Under the pieces are notes generated by a model, which was given only the letters and a program-made list of their open reading frames with translations, had not been told where the DNA came from and did no database searches. Positions 45,181-64,000 of a stretch of DNA of 64,000 nucleotides are shown here, in pieces; position 1 is the stretch's first letter; each line of letters starts with the position of its first letter. The position numbers and the translations under genes were made by a program. The stretch comes from the human T2T-CHM13v2.0 reference genome, Homo sapiens: assembly GCF_009914755.1 (NCBI RefSeq), contig NC_060935.1. One strand, written 5' to 3'.

Positions 45181-45666
45181 AAAGTCAACTCTTTAGGCAG
45201 GCAACAATAAACATTTAGAGATGGCATTTGAGTTGACACTTGTGCACTATATTAACATAATATTTGGACAAAAAGAAACGTAAGGAAACATTATTTATAA
45301 TATGTGCTTATTATTTTACAGTGGTCTGTGGGGGAAACAGGAATCCACCAAACACAAATTTGAAATGACTGTATGACAGGAGAACAAAGATAGCAGTACT
45401 TACCAAGACATGCAAATGTATTTTTATCAGATCTTCCATAGCCTCAGGGTTCACTTTGCTGTACATGATAAATCAAAGATTCTCAGATCTGAAGGCCACC
45501 TCCTCTGCCCTCAACCTGGTACATAAGTCTCCTCTCGCTCACTCTTAGAAGTGAATATTCAGGTTCTGCACTGGGATCTGCACAACCTTGGGAAGTTGCA
45601 GCTTCCTAAAGCAGCCCACTTTCATTTGGGGACAACTTAAATTATGATTTAAAACTAAAACAAAAA

Positions 45667-45975
45667 CAGCTGGGCACAGTGGCTCACAGCTTTAATTTCA
45701 GTACTTTGAGAGGTTGAGGCAGGAGGATCCCTTGAGCTCAAGGGTTTGAAACCAGCCTGGGAAGCATAGCCAGACCTCATCTCTACTAAAAATCAAAAAA
45801 AAATTAGCTGGGCATGGTGGCATGCACCTGTAGGGTCAGCTACTTGGGAGGCTGAGGCAGGAGGATCACCTGAGCCCAGGAGGTACAGGCTGCAGTGCGA
45901 TATGATGCCACAACTGTACTCCAGCCTAGGTGAGAGACCGAAACCCTGTATCAAAAAATAAAACAAAAATAAAAA
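45667..45975 (+). mobile_element. AluJ SINE
   Basis: ggaggatcacctgagcccaggaggt..ggctgcagtg J-type motifs. Confidence 0.9.
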
Positions 45976-47216
45976 TGAATATTTAAAAAACCCTTTGGCT
46001 TCCTAACTTAGGCATAGTCCATCCAGATACCAGATATTTAAACACAAGTGGTTGGTTTCCTTACTTATTTTATGTTTCACTCAACCCAAATTCTTCTCTG
46101 TCTGCAACTTAACAATTTATTTACTCATCTGTAAATGGAAAGTTTTATTATAGATTGTATATTTAGTTATTTGCAGGGTATTTTTTTGCAGTGGAATTAG
46201 TTATATAAAACAAAATACCAGCATTATATCCTCATAAATAAACTACAGATCAAGGATATGCTGTGATTAGAGACAGAATGAAAATCTGAGAGCCCAACTA
46301 CTTGGCTTCCCTTTCAGTCTTCATAGAAATCCTCCGGTACCTCAGGGGACGTCAAGGGCTTCATGATAGAAATAGTAAAAAATACCAAAGCATTGAATTA
46401 TGAAATTTCCATCTAATTTAAAATATTTGTATATTTTATTAAGGTGAATTAGCTTCTTTTCCTTAGGCAGTCTTTATAGGTGACCCTGACTCTATTCAGC
46501 ATCTGGGGCACTTTTCTGGATAAACCCCAATGTGTCACACTGAAGGATCTATCTTAAAATGCTCCATTTAAAAAATAGCCAACTTCAAAATTGAATTTAT
46601 GATATGCAAAAATGGTTGCTTTGCTGCCTTTTAATAGAAAAATAAGTCAATGAGAAATGGTTTACTCAAACATAATTCAAACAAACACTGAAGATTTGAC
46701 TATGTAAATCATCATGAATAAAAATATAACATCACTTTCCTATTTATAAAACTCTTTATTTTCAGATATCTGAAAAATTCTAAAAACAAGCAGCACAGAA
46801 GAAGCAGTTCACATGATTTTCTATCTTCCATTGTCCTTAATTGATGCAAAACAGAGACTATCCAGATTTTCTGGCCTATATTTCAGTAAGCAAAGTACAG
46901 AGTGGGTGACCACCTTGATTTGTTTTCGTAATATAATGTCTTATACATATAGAAATGATTTTAAAAATGATTTATTTGGATGTAAAGCACTCCTACTTCT
47001 GCTCATTATCATTACAAAGGATATAGTTGTACCTATTGGAATGGCAATTATAATTTTAATATTCTTTAGAAATTTTCACTATAAAAATTATGTGACACTT
47101 TCAAAACACTGAAAAAGATTTGTCTTAAGAAACTTTTAAAGGGATAGAGTGAAATTTATTTCATTATTTTTACTAATAAACTTCAATCTCAATCAATGGT
47201 AAAATATCCAAGTTAG

Positions 47217-47543
47217 GGCCAGGCACGGTGGCTCATGCTGCAATCCCAGCACTTTGGGAGGCCCAGGTGGGCAGATCACTTGAGGTCAGGAGTTTGAGAC
47301 CAGCCTGACCAGCATGGTGAAACCTCATCTCTAATAAAAATACAAAAATTCCCTGGGTGTGGTGGTGGGTGCCTGTAATCCCAGCTACTATGGAGGCTAA
47401 GGCATGAGAATCGCTTGAACCTGGCAGGCAGGAAGTTTCAGTGAGCCGAGATTATGCCACTGCACTCCAGCCTAGGAAACAGAGTGAGACTCTGCGAAAA
47501 AAAAAAAAAACAAAAAAACAAAAAAAAAAACAAAAGAAAAAAA
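47217..47543 (+). mobile_element. AluS SINE, tail abutting the full-length L1
   Basis: Full dimer with ~47-nt A-rich tail. Confidence 0.95.
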
Positions 47544-54032
<6,489 letters not shown>

Positions 54033-55046
54033 CAATTTTTCACTGATACAATGCTCTTGCTGCATTTTTAGTAGTACTACATTTCATCAACATTTTTGTT
54101 TGGTTCAACTTCTTTTTATTTTTGTTTAAGCATTTAATTGTTATGCCAAAGAAAAAAATGTAGAATTTGAATGAGTATAAACATATCTATAACCTTCTTT
54201 ATATATTTAAAGAATATACATTCTATTTTTTTCTGATTTGCTTATATTATCTTCAACATACTCTTTATGAATGTCATTTGTAGATCAACTATTATATTAC
54301 TATTTAAAGCTATTTATTTTTATTGGAATATAGGAAAGTGAGTTATCTTAATTGAAGCAATAGTGTGTATAAAAATAGCAGCCCATAAGTAATAGAACAA
54401 GTCTTAACATCTATCATTAAAGCATTGTGCCACTTGCTGTAAACCAAAAATAAAATTGTAAGTCTCCCAAATAATTAAATGGATCCCTCCTCTTGGCGAA
54501 GGGCATTCCAAAGTAAGCCTGAAAAACTAGTTCTGGCCATCTTGGGAAGGATATACCACGTTATAATCTGTTCTTTTTGTAATTCAGGCACAACTGACCA
54601 TCATTAACATCAAAATAGAGATCTTACAAGTGAAAGACTCTTTGTGGCAATAAGACACCAAACTACAGCCTAATTCTCATATGCCATCACAAGACAGATA
54701 GCAGGTCTGGAAAGAAATTGAAGTATTTACCCACAAATTGACACATTTTGAAATTGCCCTGCAAAGCTGTCTTGTGAAGAAAATATACACTCTTTAGAGA
54801 ATTCTCTTCACTTTTCAAGTGTTTTCCTGATCCAGGAGAGATTAGCTAATGGTCTGGCACCTTTTTAGATCTGATCAGAGATATTTACCATGTATTCTCT
54901 CTGAAGCCTGCTACATGGAAGCTTCATCTGCATAATAAGAACCTTTGTCTCCACAATCCCTTATCTTAACCCAGATACTCCTTTCTATTGGTTCCAGGTC
55001 TTTGGATAATAACTTAACTCTTTCAAACAATTGCCAATCAGAAAGT

Positions 55047-56041
55047 TAAAACCACCTTTACAAAAAATATAACTGAGAAAATTATTACAATGAAAGAGAT
55101 ATAACCTAACTGACTCCACCTTGCTTCAACCTCCAAGCTGTCCTTCATTCTTGGGCATAGGCTGAGCTAACATTGGGAGAAACTTAGTTTATAGTTTAAC
55201 CTTAAAACAAAGCTGATAACAGCCCTTTCCCAAAACAAACCCCCTTTTTGCCAGAGGATTAGACTGTCTTTGCAGGACTAACAAATTAGCCACAAGGTTA
55301 GAGATTATGGTTTAGGAGTCATGCAGCTGGAGACTACAAGATTCTAAACCTCCCCAATTGCTCCTAGGTATAACATCACTGTTGTTTTGACTCCCTATGA
55401 TTCTATCTCCAACCTGACCAATCAACACTCCCCACTCCCCAGATTCCTACCTGCCAAATTATCCCTAAAAACCCCTGATATGGTTTGGATCTGTGTCCTC
55501 CCCCAAATCTCATGTTAAATTGTAATCCCCAATGCTGAAGCTGTGGCCTGGCAGGAGGTGATTGAATCACAGGGACAGATGTCCCCATAGGTGCTGTTCT
55601 GTTGATGATGAGTGAGTTCTTTTGAGATCTGGTCATTTCACGGTGTGTGGCACCTCCTCGCTCTCCCTCTTGCTGTTGCTCCCAACATGTGAGATGCCTC
55701 AATCCCCCTTTGCCTTCTGCCTTGATTGTAAGTTCCTTGAGACCTCCCCAAAAGCTGACGCTGCCACGCTTCCTGTTCAGCCTACAGAACGATGATCCAA
55801 TTAGACCTTTTTTAAAAAAATAAATTACCCATTCTCAGGTATTTCTTTATAGCAATGCAAAAACACATGAATACAACCCTGATCCCTGAATTTTCATGGT
55901 GACTGATTTGAGTAATAATAAAATTCTGGTCTCTTGTACAGCCGGCTCTGTGTGAATTAAACTTTCTTTATTGCAATTTGCTGTCTTGATAAATCAGCTC
56001 TATCAGGAGAGTGGGCAAGGAGAACTTGTTGTGCAGTTGTA
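55047..56041 (+). mobile_element. LTR8-like ERV1 LTR nested in MER4
   Basis: aaaccacctttacaaaaaatataactgagaaaatt start; ends gtgggcaagg..gcagttgta; near-TSD aagt/aaat. Confidence 0.85.
55476..55875 (+). mobile_element. MST (MSTA-like) MaLR LTR nested in LTR8
   Basis: tgatatggtttggatctgtgtcc...gaataca; 5-bp TSD acccc/accct. Confidence 0.92.
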
Positions 56042-56656
56042 AAATCTTTGAATCCACCAAAAAGTGGCCCCTGCCCTTCTAGTTGTCCTGTCTTTCCAGA
56101 CAGAAACAATACATACCTTGTATATATTGATTGATATCTGCCTGAAACTTCTGTCTCCCTAAAATGTATAAAATCAAGCTGTAATGCAATCACCTTAGGC
56201 ACATGTTCTCAGGACCTCCTTGGGCTCTGTCACAGGTCATGGTCTTCACATTTGCCTCAGAATAAATCTCTTCGAACGTTTTACAGACTTTGACTCTTTT
56301 TCATTGACAAAGCTTTTTGGATATGGTAAAATTTTCTACTTGCCTTGTGTTGTTTTGCATAAAGCCAATGTGCTGTTTTAAATAAAGAGAGGGTTTTTTT
56401 TTTCCTTTTGTTTCTAGATGCTATTTTTACTTCCTTGCCTATTGACACTGGCTAAGACCTCCAGTAGTGAGGGAGAGAAAAAGTCCCACATATTGAGCCT
56501 AGAAAGTAATTCTAGAATCTGCTCCGGGAGGTTGGGGGGAAGCAGATGAATAATAAAGTTCTGCAACAGAAGTTTTTAGAAATTTCAGAGGTATTAATTA
56601 GAACCTTGACTCTAGTCTTTTCAAAGTCTGAGAAATGGCAATGAGGGACAGCCTAG

Positions 56657-57184
56657 TGAAGAAATTAAAACATTTTACCCCCCAAATATATTTCTTTGAT
56701 ATATTTTGAAATGGCTGCTTCTTGGCCAGTAGGTAGAAATGGCCTCACAAAGCTGTCTTAAGTGGGGAAAATTTGCATCTCTAGAGAATCTCCATTAATC
56801 CAGCCATGCCCCCTTCCCTTTCTGTTCCTTTTCCCAGATCCAGCAGAAATTGAGAGTCTGAAACCTTTAAAAGTCTGAAAAGAAATATTTATCATATGTT
56901 CTCTCTGAGGAAGTTTTCATCTACATAGCAAGGCCACCTTTGCTAGCAATCCTTTTCTCTCGCTTCAAATAACTTGTTTTACCAGCATCTAAGCCCCCAT
57001 TCTTTCTATAACCTAAAAATGGTATATACATTTCTGTAACTCATTGGGAAGTTGGGTCTTCGTTCTAAAGCTCCTGTGTATGCACCTTAAATAAATTTGT
57101 ATACCTCTTCTCCTATTACTCAATCTGCCTCATGTCAGTGATTCTTAGTGAACCTTTAGGGTTCCAAGAACAAATGGCCCCACA
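56657..57184 (+). mobile_element. MER34/MER39-like ERV1 solo LTR
   Basis: tgaagaaattaaaacattttacccccaaatatatttc start; AATAAA near 57090; ends ..ccccaca; TSD ctag/ttag. Confidence 0.7.
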
Positions 57185-58589
57185 TTAGCACATTTTACTT
57201 TCAAGTCCCAGTGATACTCTTATCAGCAGATAATTTTAATAGTTGTGATTGCTCAGCATGGCCTTGAGCATTACAAATGAAAGTACTATTACTCTCTTTT
57301 CCCTAGAACACCTTTCTCAAGGTCATTTTCACACATTGCCCTTAGGTTCTACCTAAATAACTTGAGCCTGTCTCTTCTAATACTTGGATTTGGGAGTTTG
57401 GCTTTCCTGGATGTATGCCATTCAAGCAATATTACTGTTGCAATTAGAGTAGTTTCATTTTCTCCAACACCTATAGAAGGTTATTATTTTCAAAAATGCC
57501 CTGGTAATTGTTTTAATGGAACATGAGTGAATTGAGAAGATCTCCACTCCTAACCCTTTAAAAGTTCTAAAATACAAGACAAAATATTTAACACAAACAT
57601 ATATTAATAAGTTTATATGTAAAACAGCTTGCAATCAGTTTGTATACTACTATATCCACATGCTTTCCAATATCAAATTTTAAACATCACACTTGAAATA
57701 TTAAAACATTTGAAAAGCAGCAGCAAACAAGTCAGAAAAATTGCAATATAATCATTACCTAATGGTATAATGATGTCTCACAACATCAGTAAAAGCATTC
57801 ACTGTGTACATACTATTCACTTGGTTGACTTTCAGCTATTGTTTGACTAAAATTGTTTACTCTAAATTCCTCAATCTCTCATATATTCATTTCAAAATGT
57901 TCTTAAGTTTTTAAGTAAATATCTTCTCTTTCTTTGATGTAGATTTGAGACATTGCCATAGTTCCTCCTTTCTTTTAGCAGCACAATATAAACTGTTCTC
58001 TGACCTACTCAGCACAACTTTATTATTTTCTAATCCCACATGTCTTTGTGATAGTGTATTGCAAAAATATTTTTTGTGTCACAAATTCATGTCACACTTG
58101 TGATAAGTTAATGATACAAAAGTGATCACCAATTGATTCTGAATGTTTTATAAATAATGCATCCAAAAGTAGTTTACCATAACAAGTATTTCCCTTAGAC
58201 CTATGAAAACTTGCCCAGTTTTGAGAAAGCCAGTGCTTTGGAGTGACTTCCTCAAAATTTTCTATATCACCCTTTGATGCCTGGAACCAACACAGGAATA
58301 TCATTCTTCACTATGCAGAGCACCTTAAACCTAAACCAGAACCCACATGGGACTCGGTCCTTATTTCTGTTTTATGGTATATTTTGAAAGAAATTTAAGG
58401 TTTGGCTTATAAACCTTCCTGAAGAAAAGATCCTACCCTACTTTCAAAGCTGTAACAATGCCCAGATCCAGGTCAACTACAAATCAGATTGATTTAGTGC
58501 CCAACTCCAGTGTTGTTATAAAATAAGAGGCACATATTTTTTAGAAGATATATATTTCTAGTTAGAACTCTACTGTTTTCTTGTACCAA

Positions 58590-59180
58590 GGTCCTTCATA
58601 GAATCAAACATTACAAGACAAAGAATAAGCAAATAATGTGCAGTGTTTGAGAGGCAAAATAATCAATAGAAACAAACTCAAAGTTATCCCAAATGTTGGA
58701 ATAATCAGATATAATTATTACAAATTTTTAAAGAATCTTCAGGAACACATGCAGCATGCACGCAAGATAGGAAGAATCATCAAAGAGGTGGAAGGGAAAT
58801 AAATGAAACCAAGGAAGCTGAAATTTTAAAAAATTAAATGTGATATTTGAAATAAAATAGTGTATTTATATACAACAGAGAAAATAATCTAGTAACTTAA
58901 AGCTGAGTCAGTAAAACATACACAAACTAAAATACAAAGGTAAATAGAGTGAAAATAGCATTTGTGATTTCTAGGTAAATAACAAAGGTTTTAGCATCCG
59001 TGTAATTGGAGACTCAGAAGGACAAGAGAGAGCATGAGGTAGGAAAATATTTGCTGAGATACTTGCGAAAATTGATAAAACGCAACTTACAGATCCAACA
59101 AGCTCAGCAAAACCCAACTTGGATAAACAAATGAAAAAATAAGATACCTAGAAACACAGTCAACTACTGAGAATAAGAAG
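58590..59180 (+). mobile_element. Old L1M ORF1-region relic
   Basis: gtaattggagactcagaaggacaagagaga, cagatccaacaagctcagcaaaacccaa motifs. Confidence 0.65.
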
Positions 59181-59430
59181 ATGAAGGAGGAGAGTTGGAG
59201 GAGAAGAAAGAAGAGAAGGAGGAAGGTGGAGGGAAGGAGAGGAGGAAGAAGAAAGCAGCCTAAGAATATGGCATGTGGAATACAAGGGAGTAAAGGCAGA
59301 AATGATGTTAAGAAATGTCATTTTAAAATGTTAAAAGTAAAATAAAGAAAGATGGAAGAAAATAAAGAAGGAAAGAAAGGAAATAAGAAAGAAAGGGAAG
59401 AAGAAAACATGGGAGAGAAAAAGGAGATAA
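59175..59430. repeat. GA-rich low-complexity tracts
   Basis: Direct reading. Confidence 0.8.
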
Positions 59431-59557
59431 GCCCATGAGAAATAAAACGCAATATATTATGACTATAGGTTTCTTCACCAGCATTCAGACGGAGGCTTCT
59501 AACTTTTAATTACATACATTATCCTACATCTGCAGGTTACCCAAATGAAACTTCAAA

Positions 59558-59640
59558 CATTCCCTTACCAACGAACCTGTTAATGCATTTCCTCACCAAC
59601 TAATCTGTTAATGCATTCCCTCACCAACTAACCTGTTAAA
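59558..59640. repeat. 28-bp minisatellite, 3 copies
   Basis: cattcccttaccaacgaacctgttaatg / catttcctcaccaactaatctgttaatg / cattccctcaccaactaacctgttaaa. Confidence 0.92.
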
Positions 59641-60124
59641 ACAGGTTATTTTGCAAAGGAGGGGCAAGAACTTTTACTAATTGCCTCCATATTTCCAATG
59701 ACCAACTGGAAGAGACTCTCTCTGGCTTCCTGCACCTACTATCAATAACTTATCAAGGGGTAAAGCCCACTAAGAATGAGACTGCCTCAGTGTAAGAACT
59801 TTACTTGGTGCTAATTTCTCCTTTTATATCTGGATTCTCTTCCATTATTTTTAGTCTCTCTGTTATCTGGGGGGAAACATCTTTGGAAAGAAAAGTCATT
59901 GATCCCTGCACTGGGAGTTGTCAGGACACTTTCTCCTAGGGGCTAGGATAATCAGAAAAGTGCCATGTTTTCCAACAATTATTTCAAATTCTGAATCATA
60001 GAGGGACCCTCTAACTTAAGTGAGAGCTGCAAGCAGCTGAAGTGTATTGGCCCCCATTGGTGGCCTGCAGTACAACCAAACTCGCAGGGCAGCAGTCCTT
60101 GGCTTAGGTCACTGGACCTCCAGG

Positions 60125-60340
60125 ACTCACCTGGTGCTGGGCACCAGTGCCTGCAGGAGAGGCAGCAGGTAGCACGCTGGGCTGAATCTCATGTGTTGCC
60201 TGCCGGGGGCCTCCTTCCATCCCTCTCTGGCTCTCCAGCCTCTTCCTGGCCCTTTCACTTCTCAGTGTCCAGTTAACTAAGGGACGTCTACTGAAGGTTG
60301 GGAGCAGGAAATATATGGAGAAGCGAGGCGAGTCCAGACC
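60125..60340 (-). pseudogene. LUZP2: Duplicated (unprocessed) copy of LUZP2 exon 1: 5'UTR-like region, 62-nt coding part (60192-60131) and splice donor
   Basis: Minus strand ATG at 60192 gives MRFSPACYLLPLLQALVPST-R, versus recalled LUZP2 MKFSPAHYLLPLLPALVLSTR (16/20 identical), followed by CAG|GTGAGT in phase 2. Confidence 0.8.
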
Positions 60341-60413
60341 ACACATACACATACGCATATGCATACACATATGCATACACATACATGCACATACATATAC
60401 ACATACATATACA
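60340..60413. repeat. (CATA/CACATA)n simple repeat
   Basis: Direct reading. Confidence 0.9.
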
Positions 60414-60707
60414 GATGTAACTCCACCCTCTTGCAAAGCTTTATTATGAAGAGGAAACATATCTGCTAATCCTTCATTTACTGATTTTAATGGGGTTGAA
60501 GTAATCGATATGTATACATAATAGAAATGGTGTATTTTAAACATCATGACATCTAACCAGCCAAGCAGTAATATTTGCAAACTGGACAGCACTCTCTTAG
60601 TTGATGGTAAAAGTGACACAAATTTAAGTAGGCATAGTCAACTCATATAAACTGCATGTAATTTGGTAAGAGAAAATGAAGAATGAAAGAGTAGTCTGAC
60701 TCTCAAC

Positions 60708-60747
60708 TTACAAAATAGCATTTCATTTTACAAAATAGCATTTCATT
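60708..60747. repeat. Perfect 20-bp tandem duplication ttacaaaatagcatttcatt
   Basis: Direct reading. Confidence 0.92.
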
Positions 60748-61483
60748 TTGCTCTTGCTAGACTTTTCTAATGAAAGCTTTTCAGCTCAGTTAAAAATTAA
60801 TCATTTAAGATGCATTCTCTACAATGCCATATGACTATTTTCTAATAGGTATATTTACACATACATATTATATGCCATTCTAATTTGTAAATACCTTTTG
60901 TTGGCACAACATGTTTACATTCATGATCTCATGTGCCCATCACAGAAGTTGAGAACACCAAGCATTTCTATCATTATTTTTTTTTTTTCCAGAGGAATAA
61001 ATGGTCACAAAGAGGTTAATTTGCTGAGTCACTTAGTTACTAATAAAATGGAGATGGGTGTTCAAAGTTGGTTTGCATCACTCCAAAACCCATTGTGATA
61101 AAACTTCCTCTTTTCAAACCACGGAAAGAGAAAATCTTTGTCTTAATTCAAATTTCATTACTGTCTTCTAGACATATCAGTGTAAAGTAAAAAAATCTTC
61201 TTCATCCTTATCAATTTAGAAAAACAGTCAAAATAATCTTTGTTTAGACATATTCAAGTGAAATCAGTCCCGTGTATGTATTTGTATTTTATATACAAAC
61301 ATAATCTCAAGTTTAATTTACCTGTTCATTGTCTTTAAGTGGAAAAAAGTTATCTATCTTAGAAGGGATAGATGTATTAGCAAACTATATCTTGAGAAAT
61401 AAACCTTATAGTTTTGGAGACATATGTAGCATTTAAGAACTACATCTTGAATGATGCTATGTTTCATCCTCTTATCAAAAATC

Positions 61484-61811
<328 letters not shown>

Positions 61812-63059
61812 TAATTCCCCAAAACATCCTCTCTTCTTTGTCACGGTGAAATTCAAATCCAGAAGTTGATTTCTTGGGTTTTGGAGAGTCAATATATAAT
61901 TTTTAAAGATCCAGCAGTGCAAATAGTAGGCACACTTAGCACAGGGCAATTCACACGGACTCCAAACCACGGTAGTCTTTGATAAGAACAAACAATTTCA
62001 CTACACTCTCTCTCACAGTTCAGGTTTGTTTTCTTCCTGGATTTCCTTTCTTCTCTTCTCTTTTAAACTTGTGTTCCCTGAGGTTCAGTCTTTTTTTTTT
62101 TTTTTTAACCAAAGTGAGCTTATTATCATTTTTATGGCTTGACCTCTACCATTATAAGATAACTCCCATACATGTGTCCCTTTCCAAGCATTCTTTTGAG
62201 TATCTACAAGGCAAACTGGATCGCACTGAAGCTCAAGAATATTATGTAAGTTGCCTGAGGACATACAGCTAGTAGTAGGTAGCCGAGATAGGGCTTGAAC
62301 TCAAATCAACGATTTCCTATTTCTCTCTGATCATCTTTCTGTATTTCCTGGAATCCCCAACTCCTAAGACATCTGATTTTTAAACCTGAGAGTCATTCGT
62401 CCCTTATTACTGTTTCTTCCTCTTTTCTCATGTCATCAAGACCTGTTGATTTTCCCTTATATATATTTATTTAATCCAACCTCCCAGTCCCACCTCCATC
62501 CTTATCAGAACCCTAGAATAATAACTCATTACCATTGTCTATAAACTGAACTCCTTTCCCTATGGTGGATTTTTATTAAATACATGCCCCACAGTAATTT
62601 ATGTAAACAAAAATTCTCCTTATTAGTTTAAAAGTCCTGGACTGAGGGCCCTACTTATCTTTACAATGTCTCCTCTCTTTCTATTATTCTCTTCCATGTT
62701 ATACTTACACATATAGATATTTATGCTTTTAAAACATATATTCAGCATAAAACTAGACATAAATTGATTGTAAAGGTGAAGAAATGGAACTTGAGTTACT
62801 GTAACAGAATTCTGTCATTATATGTAACACATGGGGCTTTTACTATTCAGGCATGTTATGCCCTGTGTAATTGTTCTTTAGGATCTAGTCTAATGGATTC
62901 CAAATATGTGCTTCCTATCTCCCTCAGCAGGAGTAAGCAGAGGGTAATGTGGGAATGCACAGAGTTTAAAAAGCCTCAAAGTCAGAGAAGACCTCTCTGA
63001 AGAAGAAACATTTGATTATATTATCTAACAAGAAAAACAGATTTCCATATTTTATTTTA

Positions 63060-63340
63060 TTGGTTACCTAATGCTTTTCACATATAAAGTCTAATTTAGT
63101 CTTCACCACTACTTTTTGTGGAGTAGGAATATTTATCTCAGTTTTACAGGTAAAAACAAATAAGGCTCTTGAATGTTACACAAGTTGCCCAAGGAAATGT
63201 GCTAGTGAGTAGCTGAGACAACTTGAACTCAAATTAACATTAAAAATGAGAAAATTGAGATCCAGTAATTGGCTCAAGGTCAACAGTGGTAGGAGAATAT
63301 TCCATTTCATGTCTTGATTTCCTGTCTAGTCCCTTATAAT
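63060..63340 (-). mobile_element. MIR relics (two adjacent cores)
   Basis: cagttttacaggtaaaaac..aagttgcccaagg; atgagaaaattgaga..ctcaaggtcaacag. Confidence 0.55.
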
Positions 63341-64000
63341 TCTTCTTCCTTTTGTTTTTCTGTATATCACACTGTCCCCAGCAATAAATTAACATCTTAC
63401 TTTGTACACATGATTTAAGATACAGCCCTATCTAATCCAAGTAAACATTTAGAGATCAAAACTAATCTCCTGACAATTTTTAATTAGACTAATATTTATC
63501 AAATGTGATGTGTGCCAAGTATTGGAGCTGTAACTGCTGTGAGTAACCAGACCATACAATCAAGGCACTCTCCAACTTGTCTAAGGTTCAAATCTAAATT
63601 TTTGCATTACAAAATTTTGAAGCACTATTTTACCAATTTCCTGGTAGTTATATTGCCTATTTTTCACTTTTATTTTTAGTGTACTATCTTGGTTTTATTT
63701 AAATGTAGTTTCTTATAGAAAAACCTACATTGTTGTACTTCCACTGAAGAGAATATTGACACAGGCTATTTTATTTCTTCATTGGTTGGGGGCAGTCATG
63801 CACTTGCCTCGGGGTTTTCTGTTATTCTTCCATGAAACCCAGAAATAAAAGCATACATGCAATTATTGATTGTGCGTTTACTCCAAAGGCTCAGACAAAA
63901 AAAACTAAGAGGTTATAATGCGATTGACAAAGCCATATGTTTCCTGAAATCAGATCTTCCACACTTGCATCTATACGTGATACTGAAATAAAGTAAAACT

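Larger units (their letters stand above)
54438..56309 (+). mobile_element. MER4-family LTR (pieces 54438-55046 and 56042-56309)
   Basis: tgtaaaccaaaaataaaatt start; cagaataaatctcttc..tttgactctttttcattgaca end. Confidence 0.85.

Noticed and set aside
59558-59640. CRISPR-like 28-bp repeats
   Set aside because: Units are directly tandem with no spacers, in a primate genome
60104-60619. 171-aa minus-strand ORF
   Set aside because: Runs through a simple repeat and crosses the LUZP2-like exon in a different frame; no recognisable protein

Overview
AT-rich, transposon-dense primate (probably human) genomic DNA with no intact protein-coding gene. Almost all ORFs in the supplied track are artefacts of Alu, L1, LTR or simple-repeat sequence. 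Gene-derived content: (1) a near full-length processed pseudogene of THAP12/PRKRIR (about 41808-45180, +) carrying a 95-nt GT...AG insert right after codon 70; (2) a 3'UTR-only retrocopy of SET (6420-7246, +); (3) a minus-strand copy of what I recognise as the LUZP2 first coding exon (60131-60192), with ATG and a consensus splice donor intact but CpG-poor, which the ORF track misses. Mobile elements include a solo HERV-W LTR17, a decayed full-length L1PA7/8-like element, two truncated L1s with 5' inversions (one fused to an Alu right arm inside a single 18-bp TSD), about 14 Alus, THE1/MST/MLT1D MaLR LTRs, two nested LTR clusters, a Tigger4a MITE and MIR/L2/L3 relics. There is also a 135-bp local templated duplication 3.7 kb apart. 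All gene and repeat-family names come from recalled reference or consensus sequences, not from a database search.
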